The notes: a model not told the origin generated them from the letters alone. Shown: positions 38,111 to 51,492, counted from the first letter of the stretch. The stretch is 64,000 nt of DNA from Balanoglossus misakiensis (GCA_040954595.2 CM082590.2:8246001-8310000), one strand, 5' to 3'. Translations and numbers: made by a program.

Positions 38111-38343
38111 GAACAATACAGCTAAATCTTGTCCAGGCATCCCAGGAGACGACAGACCAACAGCTGCCCATTCACACTCTACCCGCCGAGGAATGTAACG
38201 ACCACTTGTGAATTTCTTGAACACAATTAACTCGCCCTCGCAGTGTAGTGGAATGCTTTACGACTTCTGTACTTGGGACGAGGAGAATTCAATATGGCCG
38301 TCTATTACGTCATCCAAGATGGCTGCCGTTACACGTGCGACGT

Positions 38344-38405
38344 GCAGGCCGGGACAAGTGCAATATGGCCGCTAACAGTATCATACTTGCAACAAATCCC
38401 AACCT
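38344..38405 (-). ncRNA. mir-92: pre-miRNA, miR-92 family (copy C, miR-92a-type)
   Basis: Mature TATTGCACTTGTCCCGGCCTGC (38365-38344) is identical to canonical miR-92a over 21 nt. 5p arm AGGTTGGGATTTGTTGCAAGT; CNNC (CGGC) 16 nt downstream. Confidence 0.96.
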
Positions 38406-38633
38406 GCACGTTACAGTCGAAAACATGTCATATTTGCGAACATTTTAAGTCTGGTGTAATAGTGTGAACGATGAGAAGGGCGACAGGTGGACAGGAACTT
38501 GTAAAAATTCAGAAATCATGAACATGCTAATTTATGTTGGTCATGTGACTACGAAATACGATCTTCAGGAAATATCCTCGTTCAGGAACTGCTTTCGCAG
38601 ACAATTGGCTCAAGATGTCAAGTGCCCAAATTA

Positions 38634-38692
38634 GCAGGCCGGGACGAGTGCAATATTTGCCATTCTGACCAACATTGCGCAGATCCTGACCT
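38634..38692 (-). ncRNA. mir-92: pre-miRNA, miR-92 family (copy D)
   Basis: Mature TATTGCACTCGTCCCGGCCTGC (38655-38634); 5p arm AGGTCAGGATCTGCGCAATGT; CNNC (CATC) 17 nt downstream. Confidence 0.95.
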
Positions 38693-41600
38693 CCTAATTG
38701 AAGCCAGAGAGAACCAGTGACGTCACTTTTGTTGTCAAGACAACAGCACGATTGTCTAAACTTTTTGAGCCAATATATTTCCACTTAAAATATGACACCA
38801 GGGTTAATGTATCGGCGGGCTAAACTCACAAGACAGCCATTTTTTTCAATTGACCCTTTCAACCCTGTTCAGCTCTTCAGTCGTCGAACGTTGCCATGGA
38901 AAATAATGGGTTTAGACGAAACCATTGTGGTGAAAGGGAAACCAAGTTGAAAGATCACACTCACTACAGAGAAAAAGTACAATATACATGACTGTCTGGT
39001 TGTATTAAACGAGCTTATATAATCCACGATGCGCTTTGTACGCCATAGGGAAAATACCAGAAATCGCAGACAAAACACCTCTGTATTTGTGGCTTGATGT
39101 TTATAGGTGCTCCGGGCGACCAGCTGATCGTAGGTTACGTGCGTCTGCGAACAAGGATCACACACCTGTTGGAATGTGTAGTGGAATTCGAGAGATAACT
39201 TGTTCTGTCGCTCGGGGAATAGTCGTTAATAATGTCACGGGATCCTGAGCAGGCCTCATAATATAAATCGCGCCGTCTGTGTACATCGATGTACACGCTC
39301 GGACGAACACGACCAACGTATGTACTTGCACGTAATTCTGAAGTTCACGGCAGCAAATTTGGGTCAGTCTTTGTCTTCTTGACCAGACAAGGTGACTTTG
39401 AAAGACAGTCCCAGCGTACTTTGCCCCACGGGGTAAAAAGGGACAAGGAAAATTGAAAGCAGTCAAAAGTTTTGAGGGGAAAATAAACCAAAATCGCTGA
39501 AAAGTTACGATCATTGCACTCGTCTCAGCCTTAAAAAAAGTTTGTAAAGACTCCAAAAAATGTTGAAGTTCTTCTTTCAATGCAGTTAACAACTCTGGAA
39601 AACTGGTAGATGTAAAAACAAAAGTCTGGCATCTGTGTGACGTTGGGGGTGGTCACCATGGAGACATACAGAGAGAGAGCAACTTCAAGAATCGCGCGGA
39701 CACCTGATTCGGAAAGAACAAAATAAACACAGACAAAAACACACCTTGCGAAAGTAAAAAGCCTGGACATATACCTGTTGACGCGAAGTCTTGCCTTGCC
39801 ATTAACAGAAATATCGATGAAGTTTCTGACGATTTTCATTGCCAAAATGTTGCGTATGAAACGTTTGCAGGGATGGTGTGAAAATTGCCCGTTACAGGCC
39901 GTTCATCAAGGCACGGACATCGAGAATTGTATTGACCTGTCGAGGCAAAATAAAGAAAATGGAAATAGTCAACATTCAGTGGTAACTTAGTACTTCCGAT
40001 TGGCATAATCCCTGTTGTTGTTCGGGGTAGAAGAACTTCGGGTGACCCAGAAGCAGCTGCAAAAACCATGTCAACATTCACCACACGAACAGCAACTGGG
40101 AACGGTTCATTCGCCGATAGAGTCTGCAGCAAGCTAAGCGCGACGACAGCGTGAGAATTTCCAACTGACCACCCCCGTGCGAAGAATGCCCACAGCTCGA
40201 CTGATTTGCATAACAACAGCACAAACGAACCCACTTTCTTTTGTGGTCCGCGACGTCTTGTGAAGCATTGAATACCAACAAAAACTTCACTTTTATTTCG
40301 AAGGCGGTGACGTAATTGCGAGACTTGAATGAGAGTCGTGAAGACAGAAAAAAAGTTTGTCCAACGGGATTTCTTTAGAAACTTTGATAAATTAAAATCG
40401 CACTTGTCCCGATGTCCATTTTCTTCTCTTTCTTGGCCAATAATCTTATTGACGTTCGATATTAAGTCGACCTCCCACACAGGGGGGCCATCTTAGGGTA
40501 TACACTCAAAACTATTTACTGCAAGTCAATGTTATCGATCGGAGAACGCCCAAAACATGCCCTGGATATTTGCACGCCATTTCTTGGCTATGACCATTTC
40601 ATATGTACATATATTTCATCCACAGAAGACGCGGACGCGACTTGGAAAAATTTTCATTTCAATATTCCTGGTAGATGGCTTATATATACGTATTTAACAA
40701 TTATATTGAGGTAAAAAATCGCACTGTCGCTTTCGACAATACTCCAACAAACACGTGCTAAGAAACTTTGCAGGATACTGGTACGGTAAATTCCTACACC
40801 ACTTTTGTGGGACGCTGAAGTATAATTATTTTTTGTTTTCTACCAAAACCATAAACATGTGCATCATCGTTTTTTTTTTCTATTAACCGCGATCAAATCA
40901 ACGATGCATCTCTCGATTATCGAAGAAACATTAATACTAATTGCTTAGGTTATTTTAAGATGACAGCATATTGTTAACATACCGAGAAGATTTAATTAAC
41001 ATTTGAAAGGTGAGGCTTCGTTAAACTGATTTTGGAAACAGAAAGCTTCCGTTGGTGAAACCGATAAAAAATCTGAAATAACAGAACACTGATCAAATTA
41101 ATCGCCTTTCGTTGATATTAAGTATGGCTTCGTTAAGTACTGTCGTGTTTTTGGCTTGCTAAGGGTCGGGGTGATGATCCTGACCCCCGGGTATCCATAT
41201 TTAAATGGCACCGGAAATTGTAAAAAAAAATGCACGCCTGTGTTTGGGAGTTTGGGTCCTACTTGTGAGCGATCGGGTCGGGGTCAACAGTTTGCCTGCG
41301 ACTACTGTATAATGCACTATCCCATATATGATAAGCATATCGTGGAGTGTGGTTTTAATTCACCGATAGGGCAGAAAAAAGTGCCGAAATGCGAGCAGTT
41401 ATACGTGTTCTAATTTTATGACGCCACACTGAAAGATTTCCACGGCCACGTTGTGTTTTTTGGTCCGCTTGAAGAACGCAACTTTTAAGTTCGAAGTATT
41501 AAAACCGTAAGCTGCTCGCACTGGTCAAATTGTCTACCTGTTCCAACTTATCGACAACGCCTAACTTACTCTACGCGTCTGTAACACATATACATACCTG

Positions 41601-42313
41601 GTTTCGTGAATTTCGGCTCAGGTTGTCGTTTTTGGGGAAAAGGAACTGGTGGTTTGGTCGTGGCATTGTTCGCGTGGTGGTTGTTGGTCTGACAGCAATG
41701 GAAGCCCTGTTGAGTGCTGAACACACCTATATATAGTACACTCTGTTTGGTTACCTTGCCGGACAGGTCGACATAACAGCGTTGGATTCACCGCGTTATT
41801 TGCAACAAGGGTTTAACATAGGCAGTGGGACGATCCACGAAAGTTTCCAAAAAAGTCGTGGTGTTTCCTCCAACACAGCAAGAACCCGGAGCATTCCCTC
41901 ACACAGGGCCAAAATGCTCTTACTTTTCAGAAATACTCAAGTCTTTTGTGCTACCTGGACCGCTGCATTTTATGGTGAGGGGAACGTGCTAACCTGTGAA
42001 CTATCCTGAATGCTTTACGACTTAATTATTTCGACCTTCACCTGGTCGGCCGTGAACAAATACAATTCTACTGAAATGCGATAAAATAACGCGGTTTCTA
42101 ACAGTTTACAAGAAACGGACGGCAAGATTACGGCAGCCCCACCACCCTCCGTCCCCTAAATTGCAAATGCAAAGCGCTAAAAGTAAGGAAAAGAGCACAC
42201 CTATACAAAACTATTCAACCGTAAACAATGGGTTAGAAATCATTATAAATATGCAAATCACTGCTGTATTGTTGGCGTGGATTGCTTAGCGTTGGTTTGC
42301 TTCGTTGATCGTG

Positions 42314-42523
42314 TTAGGCGAGAGTCATATGATTTCTGGGGGAGGGGTGGGGAATTTGGGTAGATCAGCATTTTTTCAGCCATTATGCATCATTTTTCTC
42401 CCATACCAGCCCTACTTATTTTCTCAAGGCCACGCAGAAGATTTTTTTCCATCCGCACCATCTGCCAACCCCCCCACCACGAAAAATAGACTCCCTTTCA
42501 GAAATCAAATGGTTCTCCCCTTA
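42314..42523. mobile_element. PIF/Harbinger-like MITE (TTA TSD)
   Basis: tta-ggcgagagtcatatgatttctg ... cagaaatcaaatggttctcccc-tta form imperfect TIRs. A related copy lies at 58473-58666. Confidence 0.7.
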
Positions 42524-45207
42524 ATCACCATCTCCTACACGGTTCATCCCACGCGCTTATTCTTAAAGGAAGGAAAACCACACAAAGGGACGACACACAG
42601 AGAGGTGAAGAAAGCAAGCAGCCATTTCCGAAAATGGAGAGTTTACGACGCTCCAATTGAAGTGGGACTTACACAGCCATTATTAACAAATACTCGCGAC
42701 GTCTGTCGGTGTCTTGAGATTTAACTAACACAATCACACGCCGCAATCATATTTTCTCCAAAATGTCGATAATAAATGAAGAATTTCAATTACCAGAGTG
42801 TTTGCGGTCGAAGGATTTGGTATCATGACCCACATTTTAACGAATCTGAAATCAGGCCAATCACAGACGGCCATACTACAACATGCAAATTAAACTCACA
42901 AACACTGCACCCACGTGGTCAAGAACCAAAGTGCTACCGTCTTGGATTCACAGAAGATACTAGTATACACTCACGAAGGCATGCAGTTGTATTAGTTTGA
43001 GAATATTAAAACAAATCGACGATGAATAACAAATATCAGATGTTTTCAAAAGACAGACAGTAGCTAATACTCATGACGTCAGTACAAGTTATTTCGACGT
43101 TTTCCTCCTTTCTGTGATAGAATACCGCGATAGCACCACTGGCCAAAGTTTTACCAGTCAGACTACACATAGTATTGTCTAATATTATTACCTAACGCTT
43201 AGTCGAGAATATGTTGCAATAGCGAGTGACATAAAACAGAATAAATGGGCAGGGGGTGACAAAATAATAGACCAGGGAACACCTGCTTATCGCCTTCACA
43301 GGTCCGCTTTTGTGAAATCCCAAATCTATGACGTCAAATCAGTGGAATGCGATAACTTACCGGGCTGTGACGACATGATGACGTAAGCGACGCGACTGAG
43401 TGAGAATTTATTGGGCCCGTGCTCGCCTGATGTGTACCGTGGTACATAAATCGTACAATAGCCACTGGTCTGACTCGGCAACCTCACTGTACTGGACCAC
43501 ATTTTCTAAGTCAAAATGTGGTGCAATATTTTAACATTTTCGCACATTTTTCTCTAATTTTCCCTCTTAATTTTAGACCAATCGGACATAATTTTCAAGT
43601 GTCTCAATCTCTGAATCAAAATTAGAGAAAGAATGCGGTAAAACTTATGGACATGGTTTATTTTTTGAAAGTTGACGACAAATTGGCTCTGACGTATAAC
43701 GCTCCACTGACTGCGATTGGACGCTCCTTGACATAGTAGATTCATTGTTTTATTTTTTAATGCCGACACTCTTTAAATAACAAAGCGTTTTAATTAATCT
43801 GGCGTCGTCGGTTGCCTAATAAATGATGCTGCTTTATTCAAAACCGCCACCGACATGTCGCCACACGATTAACAGAATCACCCCGTGGCTAACATTGTGT
43901 GCAGTGACAAGATTAATCACTCAAGTATGAACTGTTTATGTTTAGAAGTGAGACAATTCGCCCAGTAGCGCACAATCAGTGAAAACATTGACTTTTCTTG
44001 ATACCGAACCCCGGTTAGCACACTGTTATGGTAACTTGGACGCGACAATACCGGCCTGATGTCAATCGTCACCCGCTCGATGGAGCGAGCATTAACCACT
44101 TGAATGTAACTTCTACACACGACACTACTAGATAAAGTTACGCAGCGCCGGGGACCAGGCAGGGTGCCAAACTTACTTTTGATCCTGAATTTTGATCCTT
44201 GCCTGGGTCGCTAACAACCACAGATAATTTCACGGTCCACTTACCAGGGCGAGGTTCGTCTAGACGTTCATGAATACAAGCTCCCTAAAAACGTTCAGTC
44301 TATCTATGGACGTAACATGGTCTATCTCAGTGCCTGTATTGACGTAAAAGCCCACAAACTCAACCCTACCACAATTGTCCCTATCCCTATCTGGTAAATT
44401 CTACTGACATCACAATTTTCTTCTTACTCTGCGATTTGTGTAATAATGTACTGTCAACTCATAGATGTACCACTGTGGCCAATTTGAAGAGGTGGCCACT
44501 AATACAGGTTGGATTGTACTACTATTGCGCTGGCAATCGAGGTGTAGGCAAATTAAACCCACAAGGGCATTTAGAACTCCGGCATCATGTCATGGTCAAG
44601 GATCAAGGTCAAGCTGACCTTGCGCTTATTTAGCGATCAAACTATGCAATGGACCAGATATATGAAAGAAAAGTAAGTTAGTCAACTTCAGTCGTATCTG
44701 TAGAACACCATCACATAAATGAAGGCAAACCTCAAGTATTGATGAATTTCATATCAAGAAAGTAATTGTTGATGAACGAAGCATGTTTGTGCCGTCGCCA
44801 CAGAAACGGTGAGCGTGATCACAAGAATGCGCGATTTCCATGGCGACCTGTCGGAAACGGCTGTGCACGGGGTATACGGACTTGTGTGACCAGTTTTTGT
44901 CGGCGTATGCTAATTTGCCAAGTACGCACACGCAGTAAACTTGGTCCAGTCATGATTTGAAGTTGGACTTTCCAATGTCATATAAGTGGATAAGATTTGA
45001 AAAGTGTCCCCCAGATATTATTTTTATGGAATCAGGAAGTTCAGAGCGATGTGGTCTGGGTCGCGCAACCCTGGATGGCCAGGGTGGTCCCTTGGCCAAT
45101 TTGGATGACGAGTTGGCCAGATTCGTTGACAACGCACGGCGTTTAGAAACACGAGCGTTGCATCCACAAGAGGCAAAAGCAAGCTATCCGTGTCTAAGTG
45201 TACATAC

Positions 45208-45410
45208 CTGTTGGTGATGCCAAAATAGGCGAGGACACTCTGAAACAACCGAGTCACCCCAGCAAGAGATCGTCATCCCTGTACGTAGTCTATCACCCGA
45301 GCGAATTCCCACCCAGCCCGTACAAACACACGTATGCCAAATACGAGAAGGGACACGCCAGGTCTTCACTTTTATAGGCCCTTTCCAAGCTCCCCTCCGT
45401 GTCCATGGCG
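45208..45410 (-). promoter_or_regulatory. Candidate TATA promoter and non-coding first exon (possible pri-miR-92 host)
   Basis: Minus-strand TATAAAAG at 45376-45369 and a YY1-like cgccatgg at ~45402-45409, in CpG-rich sequence. A strong donor CAG|GTATGT at 45208/45207 lies about 140 nt after the expected TSS. Confidence 0.5.
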
Positions 45411-47621
45411 ACGGGCAACGACGCCGAGGAATTCTGCTGCGCCACTATTGTCCGCGTCCGCTTATTCAATCGCTCGATCAAAAAAGACGGTACAAGAATC
45501 TTTTCTTCAGTGACTGCTGTACAGTAAATTATGGCGACACTTTCGCTCTCTTCAAAATCACTTTCGGCGAGAAGGGATCACGGAGGGGCGCGCGCGTGCA
45601 AAATGTCACCAGACGACAATTTTTGTAAATGTCAAATTCGCCCTCACGACAGCATGGGACGTCGTATTTGGTAGTGTACAAACTGACCACGTGACTTATT
45701 TGAACGAAAACGTTTCGCTCTTTACACAGAAGTATATATTAATGCGAGGGTTGATGAAGTGGCGACCCTTGACCTGAAATTCAATCAAGGTGTTCTGGGG
45801 TTTTGACAAGACAGCGGCATGATTAAAGAGGGATTCGCAGTTAAGTTGGCCAAAATGGCGGATTCTATTGCCAAGGTGGACAGTAACAATCCCTCGCGGC
45901 TGTCACAAACTATCATTCGTCATTTTGTGGGGGAAAATAATACTTTCTGCGGCATCTTAGCCAGTATCGAATACACCAGTGCCCTAAAGAGACCACGTGA
46001 CTACCTCCACACCCGGCAACTTGCCAGAGAGTCTTTCAACGAAGACAAAATGGCGGACTGTACTGATAATATCGACCATGACAACGACAGAATTTGATGA
46101 AAAATTCCCGCATTGTTAGAAGCCGAATTGTCTTTATTCTCAATATTAAAAGATAAATTGCAACTACCAGTTTATTTCGAGGTCTCTCGAGCGAATGAAT
46201 TAATTATACATGTACGTGACTAAGGGAGGGTTGCTCCTAGTGGAAAATCGGTCGGAGAACTTCAGCGCCAAAAAGAAAACCCCTAAAAAACACGATTCAA
46301 TAAGCCTTCAGACAGTCGACCAAGAATCTGTGGTTGATTCGCAGAAAGACCACAGAGCACACACGAATCTTACAGCTTCTGCTGGTCTTACTATTTGACT
46401 GTGGACACGTTAGAATTTACATACCTGGGCCTGGCTATGTACAGCCCTCTATCGATCAACCCTGATAATCTTTAATCGTAAGGTATTATTAGAATTCCTT
46501 TCAACCCCAGCCATGCTGACGTGATCGATGACAGAATAAATGGTGTTGTATTCACACAAACAATCGCTGAAACCGATTTCTTCCACATCAATTATTCTAG
46601 CAGCCCCGGCGTCTTCTATTTTTGGCCGAGTGACTCCCATAATGATACAGACGCAGTGGTCATATGACAGGGTAGCACTACGGTAGAACGCCAACTAACA
46701 TGCATTGGCGGACAAAATTACCACCACAGTTCTCCTGAAACATTTGAGATAATTCATGCATGAATTAAGCGACTACCCCACAGACATCCGACCACAAGAA
46801 ATATTTCTTTTCTTCGACTTCAACCAAACCAAGACACTGGTGGGACAGAATTATCGTCCTTTGACATTATTATACTTTGGTTTCTAGTAGCAACCTTATT
46901 CGTGCAAGTCAGAATATTATCATACATTTATACCAGTAATTGGACATGTTAACACCAGACTATTTCATGAGTACCCCCTCCCCCCTGCAGAATTTATCGA
47001 TCTGTCATTCTCTATGCTATCTAGGTCGTTTCTTTCAAGATCCATTGCCTTGGTGGAGTAACGGTATTAGTCACCTCATTCCCTTGGTTGGGTAACGGTA
47101 GAAATTGGCCTCATATTCAGATTGTTCTGTACTGTACTGTAGCCGCCATTTTGTCCAATGGTGACGGGGGATGTATTGGTTTTTGAGTGACTTGCATTGT
47201 TGCTCTCATAAGCTTACATTTGCTTCGTTCCTTTGATCGTCTGTCTGTCCCGAACACAATTCAGAAAGACTTCACTATTGACGTGCTGAGCCTACTCCGT
47301 TGACGTCATCCGGTGCAAAGGGATCATCAGGTCAAGCAGCCCACGTTGGAATAACGGGACTCTCACTTCAATTGGCCGTGTTTTCTTTTCAGCTTTGGAA
47401 TAAATGTGTACACAGAATGATGGGGCGTGATGCGTCCGATCTGAAAGCGACGACCAAATGAAGAGGGCGACGACTTCTAGTGTCAAGCTGTTCTTAAAAA
47501 AACCTCTTAGCCAGCCTTGCGTTCAAATAATTATACACAAAACGTTTACTTGTTGATAATTTGGACTGGCGGACTATGGTATGTTTTTCATGCAGTGTCT
47601 TCGAAAGATAGAGTTCGTAAA

Positions 47622-47690
47622 AATACATAGATAGATACATAGATACATACATACAAAGATACATACATAGATACATACATACATACATAT
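47622..47690. repeat. (ATAC/ATAG)n microsatellite
   Basis: Tetranucleotide run. Confidence 0.85.
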
Positions 47691-49118
47691 TACATGAAAT
47701 ATCTGGCAATCTTTCAAGTGATAAAACGTCTCCTTGGAAGAGGATACGTGAGTATCCATCTCAAGAAATTGTTAGTGGTTGCTTTGGTTGTTATTGACTG
47801 CAAAGATAATATATCACATAACCGCAGAAAGTGCCAAACGTCAAATTTCCAGTCAAACACAATCCCACGTCTTCGTCACCACAACCTGACAGGTCATTAA
47901 TTATCGCCTCAGAACAACACCGAGGGCGCGTGTCGTTCGATCAGCTTCTGAGGTTCCCTTGAAAGGTACGAGCGCCGTTATAACAACGGTCGCGAAACTT
48001 GATCTGCCGTCGAACTCGTTTGCTTTCACGCTACGCTCGACCTCCTCTTCTCTATCCAGCAAATGTGTCCGAAAATTTGATGGTCGGCTTTTACTTGTAG
48101 GACGCACGGGCGTGTGGAGACTTGATCTAGAAAAACCCGATCCCTCACTGCTTGTTTGCCGAAAACGAATTCTTATTTTGGTTTCTCAGTTTGCCGGTAG
48201 ACGCCGGACAATTGTCCGCTTCTCGTTTTCTGTCTCGTGTTACTCTGAATGAAAAGGGTCAGTTGGTTTTTGGGTCGTTTAAAGTAGTTTTTAAACTACA
48301 AAAAAGTATATCTCGTTGAAAAGTAACTTTCACAAATACTTTTCCAGGCTGGTGCCATACACTTCCAGCATCTGTAACATTCTGCGATTTTCAACATTTT
48401 AACGAAGTTTTAACTTAGTCCCTTAAAACTATTGGACCCGTGAATTGATAAATATTAAACGAATTTTAGAAACTGGGCATGATTGATGAAATTACAGAGG
48501 CAGACGACCAAATTCGATAGGCTGCGCGCGTAGTTAGGCGATCAGAGAGAAAAGACCACCAGGCCAATTTGGCCAGGCCAATGAAACTGCGGCCAATTTG
48601 GATGTGATTCACAGGCCAACCGCAAAGGAACACGAATTTTCTAGTGGGGAGACCAATGTTTGGTTCGAGGGAAGGGAATTTTGCTTGTTATTCTTGCAAT
48701 CGACCCAGGAAAACGATATAAACCCCTCGTTCACTGCTTCACAGAGGAAATTGTTGGCGTAAGGGGATAACACACAATCCAAAGACTCGTGGTCTCTGGT
48801 TCCAAGGTCCAAGTTCCGGGTGATTTCTCGCCTATGAGGCCTCGCCTACGAAGGACAGATTTCCATCTCGTGAAAACCACACAGTATATATTACAGGTTA
48901 AAAAGAGAGAACTGTTTAAAGAACGGAAGAATTAAAATTCCTTTCTTTCTGTTCGTAAAGGGTATCCCAATAACTGCACGACACGTTATGTTGTTATAGG
49001 AAACCACATGCAACATTACCAAGAAGAACTTCAGGCCTTAACATCTTATAAGCTTAATGTGATGCGCACATTATTAAGAAAGTTTGTACAAAAACATGGC
49101 TGATTAGTGTTGCTGCTC

Positions 49119-49178
49119 TAAGGCCGGGACGAGTGCAATATTGGTGATCACGTGACAAAATTGTCCTCATCCGAGCCT
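49119..49178 (-). ncRNA. mir-92: pre-miRNA, miR-92 family (copy E, isolated)
   Basis: Mature TATTGCACTCGTCCCGGCCTTA (49140-49119); 5p arm AGGCTCGGATGAGGACAATT; basal stem gctgct..ctct/agagcagc; CNNC (CAGC) 17 nt downstream. Confidence 0.93.
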
Positions 49179-50885
49179 GAGAGATAGCAGCTATGATGGT
49201 CCATCGAAGAGAGAGACCATGTCCACACCACACTCCCGACGATGCAACATGCAAAGACTCTATCCTAACCTGATAATTTCATACACAGGGCACTAACTCG
49301 GTCAACAAAGTGTGTTGTGTGGTCAAATAAACAGTGTCCTCTCAGCAGAAGACTTTTGTGTTTTATGAGTTAGCCAGGTCACGTTTATGCTGGGTAAAGC
49401 AAATATAATTGCAGCAATGCCCCATTCATAAAATTTGTTGTCCCTCAATTGATGTAAAGTTCAAGAATACGCCTTTACCAATCCACAAACAAAGACACAC
49501 AATAGACAACATGGTTAAGTCCGGAGAGGCGAGCACGTGGGCAAAAGTGTGTTCAACCAAGATGAGATGGTGGGATATATGAGTACAGAGATGCCTTATT
49601 CTGTTTTACATGCGATTATTATCCATAACCAAGCCAGGTAAAGAGGGACTGTGGTCTGATAAAACACATGGTTGGAACGGCAAGGGCCTCGAGATGACGT
49701 CATTAACACAGCAAGCAAACGTTGCAGTGGTTATAGGTACTGATGTTGGGACCATAGTGACCAGCTCAACCATAGTGTCCAGCTCAAAACCAGTCAAACA
49801 TGAGCAACTTCACACACCCTTTGTTTTGTCGAAGGAATATAAATGCCTGCTTACCAATATGCATGTCTTGAATCACTTCGGATAGATACGTGCGCAGTAT
49901 ATTTCTTTGATTAATTAAGAATCGCACAGATTCCTGCATCCTATTTAGATTCCATGAGCACATCTCGAAATCAACACATTTGTGTGTATCACATAGTCTT
50001 TAATACACACGTTTCTTTTCCACCTGAAATCACACCAAAAAGACATGGATAAGTCTTCCACAGCAAGAACTGTGAACCGTGAAACAGGTGTGATGGAGTT
50101 GTCAGGTCTGATGCTTGTCAACTGTCAATAAAATTCGCCAAATTTTGGCTGAAGGTGGGTGGGGGTGCTTTGGCAAGAAAGAGAATCCAAGCACACTTGA
50201 ACTTGAGGAATTTGTCATAGTAATGAAGTTCTCTCAGGCATAGCGAATAGTACAATTGTGGTGAAATGACAGGACTGGTAATAAAGCATGGCAATTCATG
50301 CTAAGAACATGAGGAACGACAAGTTTGAACCTGTAGTCTGCTACACTCGGAAGGACACAGGTTCTGTTTGCGCAGACTCAGTCATCCTTACAATATCCCA
50401 CACGACACGACCACCAGGGATATGTCAACCTGGCTCTGTTTTTACAACATACCTCATAATTCCTTTTGAGGAAATTCAAAGGAGGTGCAGAAGACATTGG
50501 GGGAGGCACCTTGGTTCCCACGGCGATGGAGTTGACACATATCCGAAGGGGGCAAATACACCCTTGGAATCATTTTGAGAACACGCCCTCCATTCTCAGA
50601 GTGTTTGTTTGTCCTGCAAACAGAGTATAAGAAACCAAAACATTTAGACTTAAATGACCATGAATAGAGAGGGCGTTGGTAAAGAACTTCAATAAAGAAA
50701 ATCTCTTTTTCCTCCGCTGTTAATGTGTTTGTTTCAAGTGGAGGAACTTTGTCGATTCATTTGTTCTTTTGTGTGATGAGCATCACAGGATGTGGTCCCC
50801 ATTGTCTGTTTTGTGGTAGAAAGGATCTGTTCTTTTGTCGATTCGCTGTCCATTTTGCGTGTCAGCTGCGCGCGCAGCTGCTGAA

Positions 50886-51058
50886 TTAACCCTTTAAGGA
50901 CTGAAATTTTTCCCACCAAAATTTTTGAACAAAAATTCTTGTTTCTCTGTAATTTTTTGACATAAATCAACTTTATTTTAGATCAGAATAGAAGAAATAT
51001 TACTTCCTAATGCAATAATAGTATTGTTCAGAGTTGTCTCTAGGCATGAAAGGGTTAA
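50886..51058. mobile_element. piggyBac-like MITE (TTAA TSD, CCCTTT termini)
   Basis: ttaa-ccctttaag ... catgaaaggg-ttaa. Confidence 0.7.
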
Positions 51059-51393
51059 ATAGCGAGGGGTTTTAACCATAGTGTACGGGAAAAAAGTGAT
51101 CTTTGGGTACAGTTCGTACCAACACTCTTAATTAACTTGTTAGGATGTTTTTTCTTTACACGCCTCAGGCCAATAGGGTGCTTTGTGTGTGTTTGGTGAG
51201 GACACAATGGGACAGCATTGTGTTGGCACAAGCACCCCCTGGGGGGGGGGGAGAATCGTCCAACTATCAGAATTATCATAATGATGTTCGCGATGTCTAA
51301 TGAAAAATACAAAACCAAGAAATCATTATTGAATTTGGAGGCTATGATAAAAGTGGATCGATTTATTGTCCTCGTCAGCTGTAGAGTCGATCG

Positions 51394-51417
51394 CCATCAC
51401 TACCACCACCACCCTCC

Positions 51418-51464
<47 letters not shown>

Positions 51465-51492
51465 CCACCATCACCATCATCACCATCATCTC
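51394..51492. repeat. (CAT)n/(CAC)n microsatellite
   Basis: Trinucleotide run that explains the poly-I/S/M ORFs. Confidence 0.95.

Noticed and set aside
37525-38655. 22-bp direct repeat caggccgggac.agtgcaata with unique spacers as a CRISPR-like or TF-site array
   Set aside because: The reverse complement is mature miR-92, and each copy sits in its own hairpin.
39836-40480. 214-aa minus-strand ORF
   Set aside because: It has a non-ATG start and no domain-like composition, and it overlaps a CpG/CCAAT promoter-like region.
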